DNA of 64,000 nt from Octopus bimaculoides (Eukaryota): positions 60,671,149 through 60,735,148 of the forward strand of contig NC_068982.1 in assembly GCF_001194135.2 (NCBI RefSeq). The letters are read 5' to 3'. Under the pieces are notes generated by a model, which had not been told where the DNA came from, did not search any database, and saw only the letters and a list, made by a program, of their open reading frames with translations. The position numbers and the translations under genes are program-made. This document shows, in pieces, positions 27,486 to 40,386 of the stretch; the first letter of the stretch is position 1, and each line of letters opens with the position of its first letter.

Positions 27486-27901
27486 NNNNNNNNNNNNNNN
27501 NNNNNNNNNNNNNNNNNNNNNNNNNNNNNNNNNNNNNNNNNNNNNNNNNNNNNNNNNNNNNNNNNNNNNNNNNNNNNNNNNNNNNNNNNNNNNNNNNNNN
27601 NNNNNNNNNNNNNNNNNNNNNNNNNNNNNNNNNNNNNNNNNNNNNNNNNNNNNNNNNNNNNNNNNNNNNNNNNNNNNNNNNNNNNNNNNNNNNNNNNNNN
27701 NNNNNNNNNNNNNNNNNNNNNNNNNNNNNNNNNNNNNNNNNNNNNNNNNNNNNNNNNNNNNNNNNNNNNNNNNNNNNNNNNNNNNNNNNNNNNNNNNNNN
27801 NNNNNNNNNNNNNNNNNNNNNNNNNNNNNNNNNNNNNNNNNNNNNNNNNNNNNNNNNNNNNNNNNNNNNNNNNNNNNNNNNNNNNNNNNNNNNNNNNNNN
27901 N
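27486..27901. other. Assembly gap (416 N), the largest of seven
   Basis: Other N-runs: 17194-17443, 25136-25288, 26454-26463, 38380-38525, 40069-40332, 59467-59516. Most abut (AT)n or (CA)n tracts. Confidence 0.99.
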
Positions 27902-27903
27902 TA

Positions 27904-28940
27904 TATTAGACTAAGCAACGTTTTGAAACATGAAATTCATTACAAGTTTGTTTATTCTGGTAACATAAAAATCTGGACTTCTGGAGCTAATGAACTCTTT
28001 GAATGCACTTTCAGCATCAGTTAGATTTTTGAACTCCTCTCGCAGGAAACCATCAAGGTGCTTGAAAAAGTGGTAGTCTGTAGGCAAAAGGTCTGGGGAA
28101 TAAGCTGGGTAGGGAAGAACTTCATAGCCAAGTTCCCTCAACTTCTGAAACATCATTAGGGAAACGTGTAGTTGAGCATTGTCATGAAGAATGATTGGCT
28201 CTCTTCTGTTGACCAGTCTGGGACAGAGGAGTAGCAGTTTTTCATTCATTTTGGCAATATGTTTCTGCAATAATGGTTGTTCCAGATTTTAAGAAGTTAC
28301 AGCAGATGAGTCCAGCAGTACACCACCAAACAGTCACCATAACTTTCTTTTTGATGAGCTCAGGTTTAGGGAAGGTTTTCAATGCTTCATTTTGGTCCAG
28401 CCACTGCAAAGAATGTTTTTTATTATTGCACAGAATCCACTTTTTATTGCAAGTTACAATACAGTCAAGAAATGGATCGGTTTGGTTACAGAGAAGTAGA
28501 GATGAGCAAATTTCATATCTGCACATTTTCTGATTTTCATTCAAATCGTGTGGTACCCATTTGTCGAGCCATTTTGATTTCCTGATCCCCTGCAAGTGAT
28601 CGCAGGCAGTTTTCTGGCTAACTTGAAGTTCTTTTGCCACTTCAAGTGGTTTTATGTGGATCTTTCTCAATGACGGTCTTTAATTGACCGTCATCAATGA
28701 CAGATATCACAAGCAGTTTCAGCTGCTTTATGTCCTTTTTTGAAATTGAATAGCAAAATTGCTCAAATATTGTGCTTCGACAGTTCCATTTCAGATTATT
28801 GTAACAACGGTGAAGAAAATATCAATGTTAATTTATTGAAGCATTTGGAAGTCAATAGCAAAAAACTTCAAAACTCTGTAAAAATCCAGTAAAAATTCTT
28901 CATTGTTCAAAACCTTTCTTACTTTATACTCAACCTAATA
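27904..28940 (-). mobile_element. Degenerate mariner transposon (Hsmar1/cecropia-subfamily-like), internally deleted
   Basis: Right end on the minus strand reads TA-TTAGGTTGAGTATAAAGTAAGAAAGGTTTTGAACAATG. The left end is a deleted version, TA-TTAG...TAAGCAACGTTTTGAAACATG. TA dinucleotides lie at both ends (27904-27905, 28939-28940). Confidence 0.93.
27911..28789 (-). pseudogene. Mariner DD34D transposase pseudogene
   Basis: From ATG at 28789: MELSKHNI*AILLFNFKKGHKAAETACDI, a deletion, then ...WVPHDLNENQK...FLDCIVTCNKKWIL...KKVMVTVWW..., a frameshift, then ...HDNAQLH...YSPDLLPTDYHFFKHLD. The first catalytic Asp is mutated (TCDEKW to TCNKKW). There are stops and frameshifts, and the C-terminal RWQKCV...YFD is missing. 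Confidence 0.95.
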
Positions 28941-28990
28941 AATATATATATAGAAGGTAGAAAAATAACACACAAGTTGATATGTAATAA

Positions 28991-29523
28991 GGAAAATAAG
29001 ACAAGGTAGAAAATACTAAAATAATTTGATCATGAAGTTCACTTTAGTACTAGTTTCCGTCTTTTAGACATTTTCAACTAAGAGTAAAATAAGAAAAACA
29101 ATTAAATTGGAGAAAAAAATTGAGTGAAATGTTTTGTAAATATTTTCATAATCTTCAAATAGTCTCTGTGTGTATGTGTGTGTGTGTCTCTCTCTCTCTC
29201 TCTCTCTTTTCCTTTGTGAATGATAGGTAGGTAGCTTGTAGTAAATCTGAAGGAATCCTTCAGATTTACTACTATCTACCTATCAAGCATTCAAAGGAAG
29301 AGACAGACAGACAGACAGACAGACTATTTGAAGACTATGGAAATATTTACTTATTTGAAGACTATGAAAATATTTACAAAACATTTCACTTAATTTTTTT
29401 TCTCCAATTTAATTGTTTTTCTTATTTTACTCTTAGTTGAAAAAGTCTAAAAGACAGAAACCAGTACTAAAATGAACTTCATGATAAAATTATTTTAGCA
29501 TTTTCTACTTTGTCTTATTTTCC
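28991..29523. repeat. 533-bp fold-back palindrome centred on 29255
   Basis: Perfect central GTAGTAAATCTGAAGGA-A-TCCTTCAGATTTACTAC; outer ~170-bp arms with about 10 differences; diverged microsatellites between. Confidence 0.96.
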
Positions 29524-32500
29524 AAGTTAAGCTATGGTACAGAGTAAGATATTTCTTATAACTGGATGCTATGTTGATTAATGTTAAACATGATTTCATT
29601 AGCACCAGTGCATTTGAGCATCAGTAATTCATTCGAGTTTTATTTTTAAACTTCAACCAATTTGTTTACTTCTTTCATTTCTTCCCTCAGCTATTTCTTT
29701 TGAATCCAGAATCTTAATTTATTTATTTATTTATTTTTTACTTATTCAATGCTAGAATTTTTTTTTTTTTAATCTTACTCATGCTGATTTCTGGCTGTGA
29801 AGAGATCAACATCTCTGGTGCTGGAACCTGCTTTTCTGTCTACATATCTCAGTCAGAATTTCTACTACATAATTGTTGTCTAGCCATTTTTAAAATCACT
29901 TCAATGAATGCTAAATGCCAAATATATCCAATTCAAATGCAAGCCAACATGAAGTTAAAATAATTCTACTTCATCAGTCTTCTCCCCATACCTTAGTGTC
30001 CTCTCTATCTAATTATGTTTATCAATGCAACTTACTTGTTTGACCCATTTTCTTTCTCTCTCTCCTTTCTCTCCCTCTCTCATGTGCACACATTCCCTCA
30101 CACACACACTCTCTTTCTATTTCTTTCTCTCAACTTTCTTATATTTTTATTACACTTTCCTTTTTTAAAAAATAAAAAATCTATCTAACAAACAAAAGAT
30201 GTGAACTGAAATGGCTCTCAGAAAATCGGAGATTAAGGTTTGATTAATTTCTTTGAATTCAGAAATTCATATTCTTTTATAACAAGTACAAAAATATCTT
30301 CTGAGAAAATACATCTTTGTTGTTAAAATCCTTCCTTGATGGATTTCTTTCTCTATATTTTGAAGAATGGTCACATTAACATCATATATGTATCTATTAT
30401 GCAAAATATGGCAATCATAGTTTTTATATGATGCAGCTTTTTATCTTTTTTGACTTCCAGTACTTTATTAAGAATCCTTTTCATATACATACACTTGAGA
30501 CAACTTTACTCCCTATTTAGATGTATTGATTCATTTTTCTCTTTTTTTGTCTCTCTTTCATTTTTCCTCTTTTTCTTTTTGGCATTGAAAATGTTGTCAT
30601 TCATGTACGATAGATGTTTTATATAATACTTTTTAACTATGTATGTCACAATCATTATTTTTTACTATTTTATATTCACAATATTTATTGATTATTGATA
30701 GATATTGTTAATAAATAAATTGTTAATATTCAAGGAAGAATATCATTTTTTTTTATGTTCCAATTCTCACTAAAATTGAGAAAATCTATTCATCTTCATA
30801 TAAGTCTTGTCACAAATTGAATATTAACAGCCTCCATAAACTACACATATATTATCTTGTTTTAGATCTTCTGTCTTGTCCAGTAACTTTTCTGAGACAA
30901 TGGCTGTTGTTTCTTTTGGGCTTTTTGTAAAACTAGGATTAAAATATTTTTCTCTTTTCTTTTTTTTAAAGAAGGATTTAACAAAGATCTTGAACCTCCT
31001 CACATTTTCATATTAAGCTTAGAAAAAAAATAGTAACATCTCCACTATTAGTTGTTTCACCAACTAGATGGTGAAACAATTCTGACCTTTGGATATATTG
31101 GATTATAATACACAATACCATAATCCTGCAACTTTTTCTCAGAAATACAAGATTTAAAAGACAAACATTCCAAGAAGATATCAATATCACTCATTAAAGT
31201 TCATTAGCCTCAGTGAAATTGGTTGAATTTTTAAATAATTATAAATGATAAATTAGAAACATGAATTAAACAAAACACTGGTAAAGGATACAGTATGAAT
31301 TGTGAATTATGAATTGTGGTACACAAGTTCACTTGATTTTTCAGCTGAAATTTGGAAAGGTGCATTTGAAAATACAATGTACTGGACCATTTCTATTGTT
31401 ACCAAATCATTTCTGTTGCTGATTTTGCTTTAAAGGAACTGTGATAAATATGCACTTGAATTACATAATTTAGTTTTCATATTCTTATAGACAGTCCAGT
31501 CCCTTTGTCCCATGTGAGCAGTTATGCATAAATATAAGTGTGTATGGTTTTGTGTAAAGTAAACACACACACATACACACACATATATAAAGCTATACTA
31601 TTCTAATATGCACACATACATTCAACTGCAGACATGCTTTTTCAGATTATGATTTTTCAGATCTAACCTCTAATTCTTTTATTATATGTTTTTCCACTTT
31701 ATATTATCTTTACTGCCAGTGAACCCACCTAATCTTTATGATGAAATGTTTGAAAAGTAACAAAAAAAGCTCTCTCTTTGAAAGTAGAACAGACATTTTT
31801 TTTTTAATGTTGTAAAACATTTTTCAGTTTCATTCTGGGAAAGCTCAGCAAACATCAAATAAACTTCCTATCAGATATTGCATGAAAGAAGCTTTAAATC
31901 AGAAATTTACAAATATATTTTTACTCTTGCCATATCCCATAAGTTAATAAACCAAATAATTGATGCTTAGCGCTTCACCATGAAAAAATAAATATATATA
32001 AAACACATACACATGCCTGTTAAGCTTTTACTGTTGATAATCCTTCTAGGAGGACAGTTACTTTCTTTCACATAGATAAGGTACTTTAACTTGTCTCACA
32101 GGATATTTGTTTTCATTCTTTGTTCAGATTAGCACAGATATAATTTATTTACTTCTTTTTTCTTTCTCTTTTTTTGTTGAGAAAGCAAAGAAAAAAAATC
32201 CATTGCATCGTACAGCAATGGTGAGACATATAGATCAACATAGAAGTGAGGCAGACTTAGATGGAAATATCAACTCCCTGATAGACAATCAATCAGTCCA
32301 ATAGGCTGGAACACACATGCACACATTTGTTTGTTTGCTTCCTTTCCTTTTTTTTTTGTTTTTTTTTTTAAATACTTACTGATAGAAAAACATGTGTAGC
32401 TACATACCCAACATGCTTTATGTTAGTGTGCAATAGCTGTCTTAGAAAATCATTTTTATCTTTTGGATTGACAGAATATTTTTTCCTTCCTTTTCAGTCC

Positions 32501-33629
32501 AAACTTTTTGTTTCATATCTCTCTTTTTTTTATTATTATTTTAATATAGTTTTATTCTTTCTCCTCTAAATTCCTAAACCTTCTACTCCATACTTCATCT
32601 GTCTAATATAATATCTGCTCACCAGTGTCTACCAAATATCGTTTTCTATCTGCTGTCATTCTTCATGTGTATGCTACTTAATATAGATTAAAAGCTGCAA
32701 AGCTGTTCGTCCATCACCTACTGCCTGTGAAATGGTTAGCAAGATATTGATACTTTATGACAGAGTTTTCTTCTGGGCATACATCTCATGCGATGAGTGC
32801 AATCTAGCCCCACTGGTTTTGGTAAAAGTAAAAGCTGTAATTGGGCATGCTTCCAATATCAAGTCCATTGCTTTATATTGCTTTTGGTCAGAAAAAAAAA
32901 GAAGAAATGCTCATTGTTATTTATTCATATTAGGTTTTTGTTGTTGTTTAGATAATTATATCGTGCCTATATGTGTGGGTGTGTATATGTAGTATATGTA
33001 TGTTTCTATGTATACGTGTGTAATATGTATGTGTGTGTGTGTATGTATGTATATAATATGCATACATTTTATAGAGATAGATTTATATAGATAGATGCAT
33101 ATTTATATGTATATAATATGAATGAACATAATGGATAGTTGCTCTACTGTTTTTATTGTTTCATTACTTTATCAGTTCATTCTTGCATTCCTTAGCATAT
33201 ATTGTAGCTATTAGAAGATTTGATAGTTTAGACTCTGGTTAAATAACTGACATGGATATGTGTGTTTCAGTTTATTATCTCTCTTCATAACTACACTATC
33301 AAGTTGCTCTTTACTTAGTTTCAGCTAAACGTATGTATGTTAATATTGTCTTTCACATGTCGAAAATATGTCTCCATTCATCTATGACTATATCACTCAT
33401 TCTAATGATAGCTCACTTTGAAAACAATATTGTTTCAAAGTTAAAGTTACACATTATTCATCAGTTAAATTATAAGATTCTTACAGGTCAATTAAATGTA
33501 GATATTACGATTCATTAATTTAGAGACTAAGGATCTCTGGTATCTAATAAAGACAGCCTAGTTGTTTTGCATATATATTTTTACGAAGACAAAAATTTGT
33601 CCTACATACATATTTAAGTTAGACAATAA

Positions 33630-34347
33630 CAGCATTGTCAAGAAGAGTAGCTTCTAGACATTTGATAGGTAAATCCCATCTAGAAGGTTACACTTTTTCA
33701 ATCCAAATACACGAGATAGCTACTAAATACCTGATTGATAAAAGAGATGATGATGTTTCCAAATCTCTGTGTTATAGAAAATATTCATACCAACATGGAA
33801 GATATCACCCAAATCATCAACAGCCACAAAAAGTAACTACGTGGTGCTACCTCTCTATGAGACATAACTTTTTCTTTTTTGCCAAAATTTAGTACAATGC
33901 TATCTGCAAGAAAGATTGTTCTGACAGTCATGCCCATGACACACCAGAACCAGAATGTATCCATGCCTTTAAAAGTGAGGAATACTAGTGGAACATTCCG
34001 ATACAAACAGCAACCCACTGAAAACGCAACAGGGACAGGAAGTAAAGTTATGCACTGTTATAGATGTTGGTTGCTTAGCCAGTGTGAATCTATCTAATGT
34101 TGTAGCAAAATAATATCTATGGTGTACTAATGCAAAACTTGAAGCTCTTGTACCCAAGCTATAGATTCATATTTATACCCGTTATAGCTGCATTAGGCTA
34201 TATATCAATGGACATGCATAAAAGCTTGGAAACATTGAAGTCTTCCAAGAAAGAACAAATAAACTAATTTGCATCCTCCAAATACAAGTAAATTGGGATT
34301 CAGTGAAGATATGGAAACTGTTACAATTATTTCTTCAAGTTTCGTAG
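33630..34347 (+). mobile_element. Fossil 3' end of a non-LTR retrotransposon with a C-terminal restriction-like endonuclease (R2 group; R4/Dong- or Hero-like)
   Basis: Joining frames gives HLEGYTFSIQIHEIATKYLIDKR...; EDITQIINS (decayed CCHC); YLSMRHN; YNAICKKDC...EPECIHAFKSEEY*WNIPIQT; KLCTVIDVG; NIYGVLMQNLKLLYPSYRFIFIPVIAALGYI. This is the order of motifs expected in RLE-type elements. Many stops and frameshifts. Confidence 0.8.
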
Positions 34348-34864
34348 AACAAATATGCACATACTATGACATATGCATATAGTATACAATACACCCACAT
34401 AAAAAGTAGTCACACACTCATGTATTAAAGAGACACATATATATATATATATATATACATCTATTACATGAATACAAGTATATCCACAAACACATTAACT
34501 CACATATTCACAAATCCTGAAACAGTCTGAAAAGAACTTAAAACAAATCTCAAATACATACAGTTTCACACACTTACATATAATTGAAACATTTCAGATA
34601 CACTTAAACACTTTAGATCTTAAATTAATAATACTATATTTTCTCCTTTTATTTAATGAGAAATGGGTGTAAAATGCTTACATATATAACTCTTCATAGT
34701 ACTTTCGGTCTCTTGTCATCTACATTTTATAGATAACATCTACATTTTACTTAGAAAAAATATCTTTCCATGAAGTAATTACATGAGTCATTACAAACTA
34801 AAAAAAAAAAAAGGATTAAAATAAAGACACCTTTCTTATTATTTTATAAGGAGTGAATCAGAGT

Positions 34865-34990
34865 ATGGAACAGAGTAAGCTGTAGCATTTAGTTGTGTCA
34901 CTTTATGTTCTGAGTTTAAATCCCACTGAGAATGACTATCTTTCTTTCTCAAGGATTAATAAAATAAACTCTTAGTCAATCACTGGTAGT
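34865..34990 (+). mobile_element. Degenerate SINE, family B
   Basis: TTTATGTTCTGAGTTTAAATCCCACTGAG...TAATAAAATAAACTCTTAGTCAATCACTGG. Confidence 0.6.
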
Positions 34991-35783
34991 AGTTTCTCAC
35001 AGTGTATGGATTCATTTCATGTATGCTCTTCTGACTAACTATTCCTCTGCATCTTCATCTTTCCTGCTTCTCGTTATTTAACCAGAGATCCAGCTATGTA
35101 CAGTAAATACACTAATGCACACAAGCAGACAAAAGACAGACAGTTTTTCAATAGTCACACAAGTTTTAGTTTTGATGAAATTTATCAAATTATATTATAA
35201 ATTTTTTATTCATTACAAACTTAAAACTTTTTAGAATGTATTCATTATAATTCAGTATTTTGTACTCATAAAAAAAAAGCCTTAATATTTCGAAACCACT
35301 GTTTGTCTTTGACAGAACAGTGGATCATGATAGGTTTTTTCTATGTTTCAAAAGCATTTGGTAACAGATAAAAGAGCATATAGCTTTGAAGACAACCATT
35401 TTTATGTGAAACTGTACACCGGCTTACACTCATACAGACATGAAGGAATTTCTCCTCCAGCAGTTTCCTCAAAAGCAAATCATTATTCATCAACTTGGAC
35501 ATACTTGGCTTCTCAAACCAGGCCTCAACTTATGTGACTACTGGCTTTGGTATGTGTGTAGGAGTAGTGGTGACTTAAACAGAAAGTCTACATAAAAAAA
35601 AAACAATGCTCCACTAATATTCAAATAAATTGTTTAAAGAAAGCACCAATTGTGCTGCATCTGAAATAATGCATGAGCAGATGAGATAAGAAATGTTACA
35701 ATGTACTTAGAAAGACAGATAAAACTATTGAAAAAAACAGTTCCTGTTGAACAGCTAGTTTATATCAAATTCCAGTCTCTTTT

Positions 35784-35785
<2 letters not shown>

Positions 35786-35827
<42 letters not shown>

Positions 35828-35951
35828 TTGTATATGAGTTTTGAGATTCTAGATTTAAAGATTTTATGTTTAACAGTCTCTGAACCTTGGGTACTCACAA
35901 GCTTCTCACGCAGTTTTTCCTTCCTCTCCTTCACATGTACACATGCCTATA

Positions 35952-36045
<94 letters not shown>
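35786..36045. repeat. (CT)n tract (about 35786-35824) and (AT)n tract (about 35950-36035)
   Basis: Read directly. Comparable (AT)n, (CA)n and (CT)n tracts lie at about 5625, 17150, 25715, 26415, 37015, 43000-43104, 54650-54790, 60220 and 61420. Confidence 0.95.
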
Positions 36046-36289
36046 CACACATGCACATGCACATATTTGGATTTTCCTCAGCAGTATTCAGTTCAATAAA
36101 TTAAACTATCTGCTTATTGAATTAACATGCGAATAGTTAGGCATTCCAGGTACTGTTAACTTAAATCATCAAGTAGAATCAGCATGCCACAAAATATGAC
36201 AAGGCTGGGCCTTTTGAATTGCAGGTACTATCCATCCATTCATCCAATCAGCTTTTACAAAGTTTCCAGCAAACCAGTTTGCTCGAGTG

Positions 36290-36360
36290 AGCTAGAGGCT
36301 GTGGTAAATGACACTTGCAAAAGATGCCATAGAGTGAAACTATAACTAGGATTATGTGCC
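36290..36360 (-). mobile_element. Degenerate SINE head fragment (family A-like)
   Basis: AGAGGCTGTGGTAAATGACACTTGCAAAAGATGCCATAGAGTGAAAC resembles the plus-strand view of the 39503 copy (GGGGCTATAGTAGAAGACACTTGCCCAAGGTTCCATGCAGTGGGAC). Confidence 0.55.
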
Positions 36361-36551
36361 ATAATGGATGGTCTTGAAACCACAGCATGTAAGTCAATCA
36401 CTGGCAAGTTGAGATCCATAATAAACAAATCCATGTCATTAGTATTTCTTCCTATTGAGATTTCCTTCAACAATGAGAAACTGAAATTCTTGGACACAAG
36501 GAACAATTGATGATAATGCATGTATGCATTTATATATGTATGTTCATAGTT

Positions 36552-36903
36552 GCCAGCATGGCTGTGTGGTAAGAAGCTTGCTTCCCAACCACATGGTTCC
36601 AGGTTCAGTTCCACTCCATGGCACCTTGGACAAGTGTCTTCCACTGTAAACTCAGGCTGACCAAAGCCTTGTGAGTGGATTTGGTAGATGGAAACTGAAA
36701 GAAACCCATCATGTGTGTATATATGCATGCATCTGTGTTTGTCCTCCACCACTGCTTGACAACCAGTGTTGGTGTGTTTACATCCCTGTAATTTAGCAGT
36801 TCGGTTAAAGCAATCAATAGAATAAGTACCAGGCTTAACTAAAATTCTTCAAAGGCAGTGTTCTTGCATGGCTGCAGTCCTATAACTGAAACAAGTAAAA
36901 GAT
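36552..36903 (+). mobile_element. tRNA-derived SINE, family A
   Basis: A-box-like TGGCTGTGTGG, B-box-like GGTTCAGTTCC, CORE-like GGCACCTTGGACAAGTGTC, tail AACTGAAACAAGTAAAAG. Confidence 0.92.
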
Positions 36904-37012
36904 GTATATATGCACACATTGGTCGATGAGTATGACCATCACTGACAAATTCTCTTATCCTAGATGTTAAAGACAATAACTGTTAGCAACACACACACAC
37001 AAATATATATAT

Positions 37013-37079
<67 letters not shown>

Positions 37080-39502
37080 CCTGCTCACCAACCTGCCTGC
37101 CTTGCCACTGGGGCGCATGCAAGAAAGCACATCGTGACCACCATTGTATAACAACATCTGATAGTCTGGTCGATACAGTAACACACACATATTCTTAATC
37201 ATATACCCTAACTATAATAATCATATGTCCTAATTATTTTAACTTCTATTACTCAACATTCAAACTAATAATATATAATTTTCTGTACTGCTGCTTGATT
37301 AGTAATTTGTCTTTCCATATTTAAAGCAATATGCCTCTATAATAATCTGTAAGTGACACTAATGCATCTGTTAGGCTTTTACTTTTATAATATGACTATT
37401 ACTAATACTACTACTATCTCTACAATTGATCTTATGTAAAGATTTTACTATAATTTCTGTAAGAGTATTTGTCTACTTATAAACTGTATTTATCAATATA
37501 TAACTTTGACAGCAGTGTTGATAGTAACACTGGCCTGCAAACTTGTATACTTAATTCTTTCTTACTTACGTATTGTCATTTCTTTATTTCCTATCATTTA
37601 TTCTTTTAATGTTCCTTTTTGCTTGTTAAATGATACTTATGGTATTCTTCACTGGTATTTATCACTCTGCTTCACCTCTTCCACTCGTTCTTACCTTTTG
37701 CGTTATTGGTTATGGTCAAGTAGTCACTGTCATCTACAAGAGAAACATTTCTTACAACACTTACATGCATGGTAAGATCAAAGAGTATTGATTCCTTCAC
37801 AAGCAGCTAACTTATTGGTTGTCTTTATCCAACACTCAGCCAGCATCACTACATTATATTCATACACATTAACAGAAACAAGGACATCCTTCTACATCAA
37901 AATGATGCTAATGATGACAACTAATGGAACAATTCCAAAATGACGATTCAGAACTATGTGAGAAAATACTTTTAATGTCACAGATTCTTTTTGCATGAGG
38001 TATTTTTTCCTAAAAGGCAATCTGTGTCACTGTCAGTAGCTAACTTTTTAGTGATTCTTTTCTTTCTCTTGATATCCTTAATTGTAGCTACTGGTTTTTC
38101 CTTTTAGGTGTATTTAGTTTCTATTAAAAAGATATTTTACAATTTTCTGTTTTTACTTTTTATTTTCTAACGTTCATTTTTTTTTTTTTCCTACCAGTTA
38201 TTATTTTTCCATCTTTCCATATTTCCCTTTCATTTTATTTTCTCCTCCTTCTTTCCCCTCTTCTCTAAATCTTCTTCCTCAGCCTCTTTTTCTTCACTTA
38301 TCTGTTTCTATTGTTTTAGAAAGAAAGATATTGGTGAGCTTTCCATATTTGACATGCTATAAAATATATACATACACACNNNNNNNNNNNNNNNNNNNNN
38401 NNNNNNNNNNNNNNNNNNNNNNNNNNNNNNNNNNNNNNNNNNNNNNNNNNNNNNNNNNNNNNNNNNNNNNNNNNNNNNNNNNNNNNNNNNNNNNNNNNNN
38501 NNNNNNNNNNNNNNNNNNNNNNNNNTATATTTCCTGTGTAGATCTCAAGAGAATAGAATGATTATGACTCAACATTCCGGTCTGATTGCAACTGACCATT
38601 ATGCTGAATCTCAGAACAACTGCATGCTCTTATGAGATTTACATTTTCTTGAACTGTTTAAGATAGAACGTTCTAGATTCCGGCAGTGTTTCCACTCACT
38701 GAGCAGGTGACGATGCTGCAAACGACAAGGGATAAATGTGCTGTGATAGGGATAGACTTTGATTTAATGCTGAAGTGGGATGGATTCTGACTGATCCTAA
38801 AGTTTTGTGCTGATCACAGAGGATAGAACATTAATGCACACAACCAAGATATTGGCACCAATTGACAAGTACATTGGAAATTAGAGAGTAGCACACAGCC
38901 CTGCCTTCATTCCACTGGCTATATTCAGCAACTGCTGTTTAGTGGATTACTATTAGCATTTGTCTTATAATGAAAAAGGCAACATATTATTGCTGTGGTT
39001 GCAGATTAAGTAGCACTAATTTAGCATTGCTGCAAGCTTAAATTTTCGTGCACATACCTGAGCAATAAACAGAGCTTTAATTTGAGGATTCATTTGCCCA
39101 TATAGAAACATGCCACTATATTTCCAATCTTCACTATTGAGTTTTTCTTATTCCAAATTATACTTGCCATATTTTGAGTTTTCAGATATTGGCATGTAAA
39201 TTCTTTCAATGACTTTTGTTAAAGTTCATTACAAGTTGCTTATAATTAGTTAAGGGTGCTTTGCATATCCACTCATCCATGAGACAAAGAGAATGAAAGC
39301 ACATTGTACTTGAAATGGATTTAAGTTCTGTCAGGAGTTAAGACTTTCTTTCTCTCTCACTCTCTCTCTCCAAATAAGTAAAGTAAAAGGAGAAAGAGAT
39401 TGATGAAAACACAAGAATTGAAGTCAATGCCCAGAATTATTTCTTATAAAGAAATCAAAGAAAGTTGTTTTAAGAATTATTTGGTAAATTTATGATTCTT
39501 TT

Positions 39503-39906
39503 ATTCTTTTACTTATTTCAGTCATTTGACTGCAGCCATGCTGGAGCACCACCTTTAGTCAAACAAATTGACCCCAGGACTTATTCTTTGTAAGCCTAGT
39601 ACTTATTCTATCGGTCTCTTTTGCCGAACCACTAAGTTACAGGGACGTAAACACACCAACATTGATTGTCAAGCAATGTTGGTGGGGACAAGCACAGACA
39701 CACAAACATATACATATATATATATATATATATACATACATACAACAGGTTTCTTTCAGTTTCCATTTACCAAATCCACTCACAAGTCTTTGGTTGGCCT
39801 GGGGCTATAGTAGAAGACACTTGCCCAAGGTTCCATGCAGTGGGACTGAACCTGGAACCATCTGGTTGGGAAGCAAGCTTCTTACCACAAAACCACACCT
39901 GCGCCT
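39503..39906 (-). mobile_element. tRNA-derived SINE, family A (full length)
   Basis: Reverse complement reads GGCGCAGGTGTGGTTTTGTGGTAAGAAGCTTGCTTCCCAACC...GGTTCAGTCCC...AAATGACTGAAATAAGTAAAAG. Confidence 0.93.
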
Positions 39907-40354
39907 GATGTAGAATATTTTAAACATTTTCAGTAATTTGTAAAATTTATCATATTATAAAAAAATATTCTATTTTCATCTTTCTGAATTAATTTTATTT
40001 ATTTTTTTCTAAATTATGCATTGAAAATTTAATCTGAATTATTTACTGTGAGAAACAAAGTTTCATTANNNNNNNNNNNNNNNNNNNNNNNNNNNNNNNN
40101 NNNNNNNNNNNNNNNNNNNNNNNNNNNNNNNNNNNNNNNNNNNNNNNNNNNNNNNNNNNNNNNNNNNNNNNNNNNNNNNNNNNNNNNNNNNNNNNNNNNN
40201 NNNNNNNNNNNNNNNNNNNNNNNNNNNNNNNNNNNNNNNNNNNNNNNNNNNNNNNNNNNNNNNNNNNNNNNNNNNNNNNNNNNNNNNNNNNNNNNNNNNN
40301 NNNNNNNNNNNNNNNNNNNNNNNNNNNNNNNNTATATATATATATATATATACA

Positions 40355-40386
<32 letters not shown>

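Noticed and set aside
35161-35229. AT-only imperfect hairpin (similar ones at 2403-2438 and about 52250-52280)
   Set aside because: Short, gapped and nearly all A/T; common by chance at this composition.
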